From Burkholderiales bacterium (GTDB lineage: Bacteria > Pseudomonadota > Gammaproteobacteria > Burkholderiales > SG8-39), in contig JBAUTD010000103.1 in the NCBI GenBank assembly GCA_049582045.1, positions 1 to 59,368 of the forward strand: a DNA stretch of 59,368 nt, in the 5' to 3' direction. Positions 20,685 to 35,075 of this stretch are shown one piece after another (positions within the stretch are counted from its first letter, which is position 1; each line of letters starts with the position of its first letter). The notes beneath the pieces were generated by a model, which worked only from the letters and a program-made list of their open reading frames with translations, had not been told where the DNA came from and searched no databases. Position numbers and translations under genes: made by a program.

Positions 20685-21986
20685 TCAGTTCCGCTTCGCT
20701 AGCAAGGCAAAATAGAATCCGTCGTGTTCTGGTCCCGGAAGAAGCGTGGACGGTGCGCCGTGTGGCAGCGGCAGACGAAGCGAATCAAGCGTGCGTGCGG
20801 CAAAGCTTTCCACGACCGCGTCGTTTTCCTCCGAGAACACCGAGCAAGTGACATACAGCAATTTACCACCCGGGGCGAGCGCTGGCCAAAGAGCGTCCAG
20901 GATCCGGCCTTGGCGCGTGGAAAATGCGCCTAGGTCGAGCGCTCGACGCAGCCATTTTATGTCCGGATGGCGGCGCACGACTCCCGAAGAGGAGCAGGGG
21001 ACATCGGCGAGAATGCGGTCAAACGGGCTATGGTCCCACCACGTCTCAAGGCGGGTGCAATCGGCGGTCTGCACTCGAGCCGCTAGGCCCAGCCGTGCGA
21101 GATTGCGCTCTATCAGCAAACAGCGTGCGCCGTCCGCGTCCAAAGCGGTTAGAGCAATATCCTCCATCTCCAGCATGTGTCCACTTTTCCCCCCGGGCGC
21201 GGCACACGCATCAAGCACCCGCTGGCCGACGGCCAACTCGAGGTAAGTGGCCGCCCGCTGTGCGCCTGCGTCCTGCACGGAAGCGTCTCCCTGCGCGAAC
21301 CCTGGCAGACGGGAGACGGGGACCGGCTTGGCAAGCAGCAACGCACAATCGTCTACGCGCCTAGCGGCGATCCCCACTGACTGAAGCCGAAGTTGATAGT
21401 CCGGCACGGAGTTGCGGCGCAGATTCACCCGTAGGCACATCGGAGGATGTGTATTGCCAGCCATTAGCACTTCTTGCCATGCATCCGGATGAGCACGCCT
21501 CACGGCGCTGATCCACCACGCAGGATGCTGCCAGTACGCCTCCGGATCCGTGGCGAGTTGCGCTTCAACGGCGGCGCGGTCTCGCAGCAGCGCGCGCAAT
21601 ACACCGTTTACGAAACCCTTCGCTGGGTGCTGCCCGATCATTACGCACGCGCGCACGGCCTGGTCGACGATCGTGTACTCGGCATAGCGGCCGGAATCCA
21701 GTGCGTAGAAGGCGCACCAGAGCAACGCTTCAACGAGAGGCTCAGTTCCACCTCGTTTGCTGAGAATCCGCGAAAGCGTCTGAACGCGGCCATAGCGGCG
21801 CAGCGTGCCGTGAGTGAGGTCCAGCAGCGATGCTCGCGACGCGTCTTGCTCCTCGGCCGCACGCTCAAGCTCCGTCGAGAGGCTGCGTCCCGCGGCGACA
21901 CCGGCAATAATCCGCGCAGCCTGCGCCATCGAGCGAGCGAGGGACCGCGTGTCCCCGGCGACGGCGGCCACCTTGCGCGACGACAT
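20685..21986 (-). CDS. rsmB: 16S rRNA (cytosine967-C5)-methyltransferase
   Basis: 433 aa with an N-terminal NusB-like domain and a SAM-MTase (DACAAPGGKS, PCSSSGVVRRHPD). Canonical position after fmt. Confidence 0.9.
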   Translation of the reverse strand: MSSRKVAAVAGDTRSLARSMAQAARIIAGVAAGRSLSTELERAAEEQDASRASLLDLTHGTLRRYGRVQTLSRILSKRGGTEPLVEALLWCAFYALDSGRYAEYTIVDQAVRACVMIGQHPAKGFVNGVLRALLRDRAAVEAQLATDPEAYWQHPAWWISAVRRAHPDAWQEVLMAGNTHPPMCLRVNLRRNSVPDYQLRLQSVGIAARRVDDCALLLAKPVPVSRLPGFAQGDASVQDAGAQRAATYLELAVGQRVLDACAAPGGKSGHMLEMEDIALTALDADGARCLLIERNLARLGLAARVQTADCTRLETWWDHSPFDRILADVPCSSSGVVRRHPDIKWLRRALDLGAFSTRQGRILDALWPALAPGGKLLYVTCSVFSEENDAVVESFAARTLDSLRLPLPHGAPSTLLPGPEHDGFYFALLAKRN

Positions 21987-21989
21987 GGG

Positions 21990-22931
21990 CTACGACCGTT
22001 GCGTCGGCTGACCAAAGAGCGTGCCGGGCACGACTGCATGACCCCGCAGAAACTCGTTGGCAGACAGGCGCTTCCCACCTGCGCGTTGAAGCTGGGTCAC
22101 GGCAAGCGCGCCGCGACCGCACGCGATCACAATCCCGAGCGGATCTGCCTTAAGCGTGCACCCTGGCTCGCCTGAGCCTTCCGCCACGTGAGCCTCCCAT
22201 ATCTTGAGGGTTGCGCCGGCAAGCGTGCTCGATGCGCCAGGAGCCGGTCTGAACGCCCTCACAACGCGCGCAAGTTCCGGCGCCGGGAGCGACCAGTTGA
22301 TGGTCAATTCGGACTTGTCGATCTTGCGTGCATACGAGACTCCGGTGGCTGGCTGTGGCGTATAAGTGGCACGGCCCGCGCGCAGCGCGCTGAGTGCCGC
22401 GACGATCATCTCCGCACCCAAGGCGGCGAGACGATCGTGAAGTGTCCCCGCGTCGTCGTCTTCGGTAATCGGGATCGCGCTTTGCGCGAGCATCGGCCCC
22501 GTATCAAGGCCCGCATCCATCTTCATGATGGTTATGCCGCTTTCGCGATCGCCGGCAAGGATGGCGCGCTGGATCGGCGCCGCGCCTCTCCAGCGCGGAA
22601 GCAGCGAGGCATGAACGTTAAGCGCCCCCAGCGGCGGGCAGTCCAGCGTCGCCTGCGACAAGATAAGCCCGTATGCCGCGACCACTAGCAGGTCCGGGTG
22701 AGCGGCGACGATTGTGGCAAGGCTTGCCGGGTCGTTTAGCCTTGTGGGCTGGAAGACCTCGAGCTCGTGCTGAAGTGCCAGGCGCTTAACAGCGCTCTGC
22801 GATGGCCGCATCCCCCGTCCGGCGGGACGATCCGGCTGGGTCAGAACGAGCGCCACGTCGTGGCCAGCGCTCAAGATCGCGGCAAGCGAGCGCTCAGCGA
22901 ACTCTGGGGTGCCTGCGAACGCCAGACGCAT
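21990..22931 (-). CDS. fmt: Methionyl-tRNA formyltransferase
   Basis: 313 aa with motif HASLLPRWRGAAPIQRAI. def-fmt order. Confidence 0.94.
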   Translation of the reverse strand: MRLAFAGTPEFAERSLAAILSAGHDVALVLTQPDRPAGRGMRPSQSAVKRLALQHELEVFQPTRLNDPASLATIVAAHPDLLVVAAYGLILSQATLDCPPLGALNVHASLLPRWRGAAPIQRAILAGDRESGITIMKMDAGLDTGPMLAQSAIPITEDDDAGTLHDRLAALGAEMIVAALSALRAGRATYTPQPATGVSYARKIDKSELTINWSLPAPELARVVRAFRPAPGASSTLAGATLKIWEAHVAEGSGEPGCTLKADPLGIVIACGRGALAVTQLQRAGGKRLSANEFLRGHAVVPGTLFGQPTQRS

Positions 22932-23001
22932 TGGGTGTCCTCACCGACCTCGCGGTAGCCGCGCAAGCGTCGGTGCCGCGGGCACCTCAATTCCTGATTC
23001 G

Positions 23002-23505
23002 CTAAGCGCTCTTCCTGAGCTGCTTGGCCAGTCTGGCGCGAATGCGCTGCTGCTTGAGTTGCGACAGGTACTCCACGAACACCTTACCCTGCAGGTGGTC
23101 CATCTCGTGCTGGATGCACACGGCGAGCAGACCCTGCGCTTCCAGGGTAAGCACGTTGCCATTCTGGTCGTACGCCCGCACCTTGACGCGCTCGGCGCGC
23201 TCGACGAGTTCGTAGATTCCGGGAACCGAAAGGCACCCCTCCTCGATGTCGGAGATGCCCGTTGCCTCGACGATTTCAGGATTGACGAGCACGATCAGCG
23301 AGTCGCGCCTTTCGGAGGCGTCAATGACGATCACCTGTTTGTGTACGTCAACCTGCGTCGCCGCGAGCCCGATCCCCGGAGCCGCGTACATCGTCTCGGC
23401 CATATCCCGGACCAGTCTCTTCAGGCCGTCATCGAAGACGGTCACGGGAACGGCTGCCTTGTGGAGCCGGGCGTCGGGATATCGAAGGATGTTCAGGAGG
23501 GCCAT
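23002..23505 (-). CDS. def: Peptide deformylase
   Basis: 167 aa with all three PDF motifs ([25 protein letters not shown]). Confidence 0.96.
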   Translation of the reverse strand: MALLNILRYPDARLHKAAVPVTVFDDGLKRLVRDMAETMYAAPGIGLAATQVDVHKQVIVIDASERRDSLIVLVNPEIVEATGISDIEEGCLSVPGIYELVERAERVKVRAYDQNGNVLTLEAQGLLAVCIQHEMDHLQGKVFVEYLSQLKQQRIRARLAKQLRKSA

Positions 23506-23651
23506 TGAAATCAGGAAATCACTTGCTGTGTGAATTAATTACATGCACAATTTCAGGCAGTATGTAAGCTAAATGGGCTTTTATGCCAATTTTGGGTGAA
23601 CAATCGGCACTTCAAGCCGGCCCGAAGAGCCAAGTAACAATCGGGGGCCCT

Positions 23652-24740
23652 ATGTACGGTCACTTGCGTAAGTCTATCACAATGCTGGCTTTTGTCGCTG
23701 GAAGCCTGGCGGCGGCCGGGGTTGCGGCCGAGGCGCCCAAGGGCCCAAGCGACATCAGGCCGGACGCCCCGGACCGATATGTTGTCGTCCCTGGGGACAC
23801 TCTCTGGGGCATCGCGCAGCGCTTCACAAATTCTCCTTGGCGTTGGCCGGAATTGTGGAACCTGAACCGGGATCAGATCAAGAATCCCCATCGAATTTAT
23901 CCGGGCAACGTTATCGTCCTCGACCGACTGCATGGGCGGCTATCTATTTCGGGAGCCTCGGGAGTCTCGGGAACCTCGGGAACCGAGACGCTTCGTCCCC
24001 GGGTTAGAGTAATTGGCAGCACCGATGAGCCGATTCCAAGCATTCCACCGTCGGTGATCGAACCATTTCTATCTCAGCCACTGGTGATAGAGCCCGGCGG
24101 GCTCGACAATGCGCCGACCATCATCGCAACTCAACAGGACCGAGTCATCCTAGAGGCCGGCAATTCCGCATACGTGCGCGGTATCGGAAACTCGAAAGAG
24201 AAGACGTGGAACGTTTTTCGGCCGGGAGGTGCTCTCGTCGACCCGGACACGAACAAAACTCTCGGCTATGAGGCCATCTTCCTTGGCACCGCGCACGTGA
24301 CAAGAGCCGGCGATCCCACCACCGTTCGTCTGGCGAAGGTGAAAGAGGAAGTTGGTGTGGGTGACAAACTGATTCCAGCCGGCCCACCGCAAGCGGTGAA
24401 TTACGCGCCGCACTCTCCGAGCGTCTTTATCCGGGGTCGCGTGATGTCAATCTACGGCGGCGTGCAGCGAATCGGCGAAACCGGCACGGGCTCGATCATC
24501 ACGATCAATCGTGGCAAGTCCGACGGTATCGACATCGGGACTGTTCTGGCCGTCTACACCCATGGCGAGACGGTGACCGATACCACCAAACCGAAGGACG
24601 CGCCCGACGCAATAATCCACCTACCGGACGAGCCCAACGGGCACATATTTGTGTTCCGCGTGTTCGACCGCGTATCTTATGCATTGGTTATGCGTACCGT
24701 GAGGCCCGTCAAGCAGTTGGATGTGGTGGAAACTCCCTAA
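23652..24740 (+). CDS. LysM-domain peptidoglycan-binding protein
   Basis: LysM motif YVVVPGDTLWGIAQRF. I prefer ATG 23652 (MYGHLRKSITMLAFVAGSLAAAGVAAEA is a good signal peptide) over 23583. Confidence 0.75.
   Translation: MYGHLRKSITMLAFVAGSLAAAGVAAEAPKGPSDIRPDAPDRYVVVPGDTLWGIAQRFTNSPWRWPELWNLNRDQIKNPHRIYPGNVIVLDRLHGRLSISGASGVSGTSGTETLRPRVRVIGSTDEPIPSIPPSVIEPFLSQPLVIEPGGLDNAPTIIATQQDRVILEAGNSAYVRGIGNSKEKTWNVFRPGGALVDPDTNKTLGYEAIFLGTAHVTRAGDPTTVRLAKVKEEVGVGDKLIPAGPPQAVNYAPHSPSVFIRGRVMSIYGGVQRIGETGTGSIITINRGKSDGIDIGTVLAVYTHGETVTDTTKPKDAPDAIIHLPDEPNGHIFVFRVFDRVSYALVMRTVRPVKQLDVVETP
23951..23986 (+). repeat. In-frame 9-bp tandem repeat x4 inside the LysM gene
   Basis: gggagcctc / gggagtctc / gggaacctc / gggaaccga, encoding the Ser/Gly-rich stretch ISGASGVSGTSGTE. 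Confidence 0.85.
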
Positions 24741-24815
24741 TTCAGGCTCCGGTGCGTGGCGCCGTCGAAGGTCGGCGCCACGCGCGCGGGCGCGATCCCG
24801 GTTATTGCCACGTCT

Positions 24816-25907
24816 ATGACGACGGAACCGGGGCTGGCAAGTTGGCTTCAACTCACCCTTACACCAGGCCTTGGCCCCGCCGCCATTCGAAAGCTGCTCA
24901 AGCAGTACGGTCTGCCAGAGAAAGTGCTGTCCCTCGCCCGCTCCGAACTGGCGCGACACGTTCCTCGGGCCGCTGTTGAGGCCCTCGATTCCGCCGAAGT
25001 TGCAGCCGCGGTCACTGCGGCAAGCGAGTGGGCCGCGCAGCCTGACCATGCCGTCGTTACCCTCGCCGACGAGGCTTATCCGAAGCTGCTTCTTGAGATT
25101 TCGGATCCGCCTGCGCTGCTCTACGCGCACGGCCGTCTCGACCTGCTCGCACGACCGGCGTTGGCCGTCGTCGGCAGCCGGAATGCAACTGCGCAAGGTG
25201 AGCGCAATTCGGAAAGCTTCGCACGCGCGTTCAGTGACGCGGGCCTGACGATCGTGTCTGGCCTCGCTCTTGGCATCGACGCGGCAGCCCATCGCGGCGG
25301 ATTGGCCGGCCCCGGGTCGACGATAGCCGTTCTCGGAACGGGTATAAACGTGACATATCCTTCACGCAATGCATCGCTCGCTACGGAGATCACGCGGCGG
25401 GGCTTGCTGCTATCCGAATTCCCGCTCGGGACGCCGGCGTCTGCGCACAACTTTCCTCGCCGCAACCGCCTTATTTGCGGATTGGCGCAGGGCTGTCTAG
25501 TTGTCGAGGCGGCGCTCGCTTCGGGGTCACTCATCACCGCACGCACGGCCGCGGAGCAGGGGCGCGAAGTCTTCGCAATTCCGGGCTCAATTCACTCCCC
25601 ACTCTCCAAGGGATGCCACGCGCTGATTAAGGCCGGTGCCAAGCTAGTTGAATCCGCAGAGGACGTGCTGAGCGAACTCGGCGGGTTTCAGCCCAGCGGC
25701 CACGCGACGACCCGCTCAACGCATACGCAGTCGCCACAGGGGGACCGGCTGCTTGCCCACATGGGGTTCGATCCCATAGACGTCGATTCGCTCTGCGCGC
25801 GTGCAGGAATGTCCGCAGAGCAGGTATCCTCTGAGCTACTGCGGCTCGAGCTCGCTGGCCAGGTAGCGGTGCTACCCGGCGGACTATATCAACGCCTAAA
25901 CTGCTGA
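24816..25907 (+). CDS. dprA: DNA-processing protein DprA (Smf)
   Basis: Rossmann-like DprA core (AVVGSRNATAQG, GLALGIDAAAHRG, FPRRNRLI). ATG 24816 is preferred over 24756 (start uncertain). Confidence 0.85.
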   Translation: MTTEPGLASWLQLTLTPGLGPAAIRKLLKQYGLPEKVLSLARSELARHVPRAAVEALDSAEVAAAVTAASEWAAQPDHAVVTLADEAYPKLLLEISDPPALLYAHGRLDLLARPALAVVGSRNATAQGERNSESFARAFSDAGLTIVSGLALGIDAAAHRGGLAGPGSTIAVLGTGINVTYPSRNASLATEITRRGLLLSEFPLGTPASAHNFPRRNRLICGLAQGCLVVEAALASGSLITARTAAEQGREVFAIPGSIHSPLSKGCHALIKAGAKLVESAEDVLSELGGFQPSGHATTRSTHTQSPQGDRLLAHMGFDPIDVDSLCARAGMSAEQVSSELLRLELAGQVAVLPGGLYQRLNC

Positions 25908-25920
25908 GGAGAAGAATAAT

Positions 25921-26379
25921 ATGTACGAAATCCTCGTTTACCTGTTCGAGCACTGCCAGCAGGCCGATCTAGCGCAAGACAGCGAATTGGTGGCCAAGAA
26001 GCTCTCCGCCGCTGGATTCGAGGACACCGACATCAGCGAAGCGTTATCTTGGCTAGCGGGCGTGCTCCGTGTCCCTCATCGCAATTTCGCTCCAATTCCG
26101 GATTCGCGCAACACCTTCCGCGCGTACGCGCCGAAAGAGCTCGCCAAGCTCGACACGGATTGCCGCGGATTCCTGTTGGCGCTGGAGCAATCCGGAATTC
26201 TGAGCCCACAGATCCGCGAGCACGTCATCGAGCGTGCGATGGCCGCGACAGGCTCCGCACTTTCGCTCGAGCAACTCAAGCTCATTGTCCTGATGGTGCT
26301 CTGGAACCAGCAAACGCCCACCAGCCGGCTGCTCGCAGAAGATTTGTTTACGGTACAGCACGAACGCTTGCCGAGCTGA
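25921..26379 (+). CDS. smg: Smg protein (DUF494)
   Basis: 152 aa with the N-terminus MYEILVYLFE typical of Smg. Conserved dprA-smg order. Confidence 0.85.
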   Translation: MYEILVYLFEHCQQADLAQDSELVAKKLSAAGFEDTDISEALSWLAGVLRVPHRNFAPIPDSRNTFRAYAPKELAKLDTDCRGFLLALEQSGILSPQIREHVIERAMAATGSALSLEQLKLIVLMVLWNQQTPTSRLLAEDLFTVQHERLPS

Positions 26380-26496
26380 GGCCCGCGCGCGGGCCTGTGG
26401 CTGCCGCGGCCTTTCCCTGCCCGGGTTGCCGCCGCGGCGGGTTTGCACTTATCATCTGCCGCCTTTCGACGCCCACGGCCGCCTGCACGGCCCTCC

Positions 26497-32607
<6,111 letters not shown>

Positions 32608-32710
32608 TGTATTACCTTAGTAATAGTTAGTAGGTCGCCAGTTATCTGGGGATATACAAGAAAAGCTATTGCTTGCGGAGAGTTACGCATTGTTCTCGGC
32701 GTGCAAAAGC

Positions 32711-32799
32711 TGTGGAATCTCTGTGCAGTTGTGTGGATAGTTCTGCGTGTTTCGCCGTTGTGGTGGGTTTATGCACAATTTGAACTGCGTTCATGCACA
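32711..32799. promoter_or_regulatory. Cluster of DnaA-box-like 9-mers in the dnaA-dnaN spacer
   Basis: Matches to TTATCCACA or its complement: TGTGGATAG 32732-32740 (8/9), TTATGCACA 32769-32777 (8/9), TCATGCACA 32791-32799 (7/9), TGTGGAATC 32711-32719 (6/9). Confidence 0.5.
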
Positions 32800-32805
32800 G
32801 CTTGT

Positions 32806-34137
32806 TCATCCCTTGAGCACCTGTTCAAGGACAAGGTAATCGCGATTGATGACTGTGTCCTTCTTGCGTAACGTTGCGATCGTGCGACAGGCGTGAAGCA
32901 CCGTAGTGTGGTCACGGTTGCCGAACGCTTCCCCGATCTCCGGCAGGCTCATCTGGGTAAGGTCTTTGGCGAGCGCCATCGCGACCTGCCGGGGCCGGGC
33001 GACGTTGCGGCTCCGCTTCTTCGAGTGCATGTCGGATATTCGGAGCTTGAAGTACTCGGCAACGGTCTTCTGGATGCCTTCAACGGTGATCTGGCGATTG
33101 GCCACGTTCAGGATGTCGCGCAGCGCTTCCTTCGCGAGGTCGAGCGAGAGTTCACGTGCCGTAAAACGCGAGTACGCCAGCACCTTCTTTAACGCGCCCT
33201 CGAGTTCTCTGACATTGGACCGGATGTGTTTGGCGATGAAGAATGCTATCTCCTCCGAGAGGGCGAGCGACTCCGCTTCTGCCTTCTTCAACACGATCGC
33301 AACGCGCATCTCGAGCTCTGGCGGCTCGATCGCAACGGTAAGTCCCCAACCGAAGCGCGATATCAGTCTTTCCTCCATACCCGCAATTTCCTTCGGGTAC
33401 GTGTCGCAAGTGATCACGATTTGCTTGTGCGCCTCGACCAGCGCGTTGAAGGCATAGAAGAACTCTTCCTGCGTGCGGCCTTTGTTCGAGAAGAATTGGA
33501 TGTCGTCAATCAGCAGCAAGTCTAGAGAGTGGTAGTAGCGCTTGAATTCGTCGAACGATCTCTGCTGGTATGCGCGGACCACATCGGTGACATATTGTTC
33601 GGCGTGAATATATCGAATGCGAGCTTGCGCCCGTTGCTCCGCAAGATGATTGCCGATGGCCTGCAGTAAGTGTGTCTTGCCGAGGCCGACGCCGCCGTAG
33701 ATGAAAAGCGGGTTATAGGAAATGCCCGGGTTCTCCGCGACTTGAATCGCTGCGGCGCGTGCAAGCTGATTCGCCTTGCCAGTGACAAAGCTGTCGAAGG
33801 TGAAACCGCGATTGAGTCGGGCGCGTTCCAGGACCGTCGGCACATCGTTTCCGTCACGCGCAGCGGCAGGTGTGGCGCGCGGGGCCGAGTCGGCTCCGCG
33901 CGCGAGGACAAAGCGCAAACCAAGATCGCGCCCGCTGGCTTCCGAGGCAAGTTTCTCTATGCGCGTGGCAAAGCGTTCGCGAACGAGCTCGAGAACAAAT
34001 CTATTTGGGGCCGCCAAGGTCAGAGTATCTGACTCCGTCGCTCCCTCCGGCGAAAGCGGGCGGATCCAGGTATTGAATTGTTGCGCTGGGAGCTCCTGCT
34101 CCAGTCGCCGCAAGCAGGCATCCCACAGGTTCTGCAT
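32806..34137 (-). CDS. dnaA: Chromosomal replication initiator DnaA
   Basis: 443 aa with Walker [16 protein letters not shown] and C-terminal DNA-binding domain DHTTVLHA. Confidence 0.96.
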   Translation of the reverse strand: MQNLWDACLRRLEQELPAQQFNTWIRPLSPEGATESDTLTLAAPNRFVLELVRERFATRIEKLASEASGRDLGLRFVLARGADSAPRATPAAARDGNDVPTVLERARLNRGFTFDSFVTGKANQLARAAAIQVAENPGISYNPLFIYGGVGLGKTHLLQAIGNHLAEQRAQARIRYIHAEQYVTDVVRAYQQRSFDEFKRYYHSLDLLLIDDIQFFSNKGRTQEEFFYAFNALVEAHKQIVITCDTYPKEIAGMEERLISRFGWGLTVAIEPPELEMRVAIVLKKAEAESLALSEEIAFFIAKHIRSNVRELEGALKKVLAYSRFTARELSLDLAKEALRDILNVANRQITVEGIQKTVAEYFKLRISDMHSKKRSRNVARPRQVAMALAKDLTQMSLPEIGEAFGNRDHTTVLHACRTIATLRKKDTVINRDYLVLEQVLKG

Positions 34138-34236
34138 TGTGCTTTCGGCCTCGTTTCTTGCGCTCGTTGCGGCGGGTGGAGGGCGAGCGCGAGAAGCTCG
34201 CCGTCGAAGTGAGAATCTTACCTTTTTCAGGAAGAG

Positions 34237-34245
34237 TTATCCACA
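34237..34245 (+). promoter_or_regulatory. Perfect DnaA box TTATCCACA upstream of dnaA
   Basis: Exact consensus 9-mer, flanked by the inverted repeat GGAAGA (34230-34235) / TCTTCC (34252-34257). About 100 nt upstream of the dnaA ATG. Confidence 0.6.
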
Positions 34246-34270
34246 GGAACGTCTTCCTTAAACCCTCTAT

Positions 34271-34300
34271 TTGACAACGCCTATATGCGCACGCTCTAAT
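34271..34300 (+). promoter_or_regulatory. Putative sigma70 promoter for rpmH-rnpA
   Basis: TTGACA (34271-34276), 18-nt spacer, TCTAAT (34295-34300), about 28 nt before the rpmH ATG. Confidence 0.4.
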
Positions 34301-34327
34301 ACCCGCCTTTTTCGGATTGGTGCAGCG

Positions 34328-34462
34328 ATGAAGCGTACGTATCAGCCTTCCAAGACGCGCCGCGCGCGCCGCCACGGGTTCCTAGTCCGCAGTCGCACGG
34401 CAGGCGGGCGCGCAGTGCTGCGCGCAAGGCGGGCGCGGGGTCGCAAGCGCCTGGGTCTTTAG
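34328..34462 (+). CDS. rpmH: 50S ribosomal protein L34
   Basis: [44 protein letters not shown], 44 aa. The track ORF from 34271 is an upstream extension. Confidence 0.96.
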   Translation: MKRTYQPSKTRRARRHGFLVRSRTAGGRAVLRARRARGRKRLGL

Positions 34463-34476
34463 GATCTGCCTCAGGC

Positions 34477-34836
34477 GTGCTCGGTGGGGCTAATCGGGCA
34501 CGGCGGCACGGCCTTGGACCAGAAAGGCGCCTGACGCAGAGCGCCGTGTTTGTGCGGCTTCTGCAGCACGGCAAGCGCCGCAGTATCGGTGGTTATACGT
34601 TCTACCTGGAAAGGCGAGTAAGCGGCCCGCCGCGCCTTGGCATTCTGGTAACGCGAAAGCACTCGACGCTGGCAGTTGAACGCAATCGCATCAAGCGCTG
34701 CATTCGCGAGGCCTTCCGTCTTGAGCAGGAGCGACTTGGCGCATTGGACGTGCTGGTACGGCCACCGTATGGTGCCAAGCCGTCGTCGCAGATGATGCAG
34801 CGGCTGCGAGAACTTTTTAGCAGGCTGAACCAATGA
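34477..34836 (+). CDS. rnpA: Ribonuclease P protein component
   Basis: 119 aa, RNR motif region [19 protein letters not shown] start. Position after rpmH. Confidence 0.9.
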   Translation: MLGGANRARRHGLGPERRLTQSAVFVRLLQHGKRRSIGGYTFYLERRVSGPPRLGILVTRKHSTLAVERNRIKRCIREAFRLEQERLGALDVLVRPPYGAKPSSQMMQRLRELFSRLNQ

Positions 34837-35060
34837 TTTCCTCGCTGTTGCGTCTCGCGGTCAGGGCCTACCGTTACTGCCTTAGTCCGCTGCTCCCGCC
34901 TTCGTGCCGTTTTTACCCGAGTTGTTCGGAGTACGCTGAAGAGGCACTCGCGCGCCATGGCGCGTTGCGTGGTGGATGGTTGGCTGCCCGACGCGTATGC
35001 CGCTGCGGCCCCTGGAACCCTGGCGGTCACGACCCCGTGCCGGGTTGTGACGCGGAATAG
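34833..35060 (+). CDS. yidD: Membrane protein insertion efficiency factor YidD
   Basis: 75 aa with the [11 protein letters not shown] motif. ATGA overlap with rnpA. Confidence 0.92.
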   Translation: MISSLLRLAVRAYRYCLSPLLPPSCRFYPSCSEYAEEALARHGALRGGWLAARRVCRCGPWNPGGHDPVPGCDAE

Positions 35061-35075
35061 AGCGACGCTCATCAC

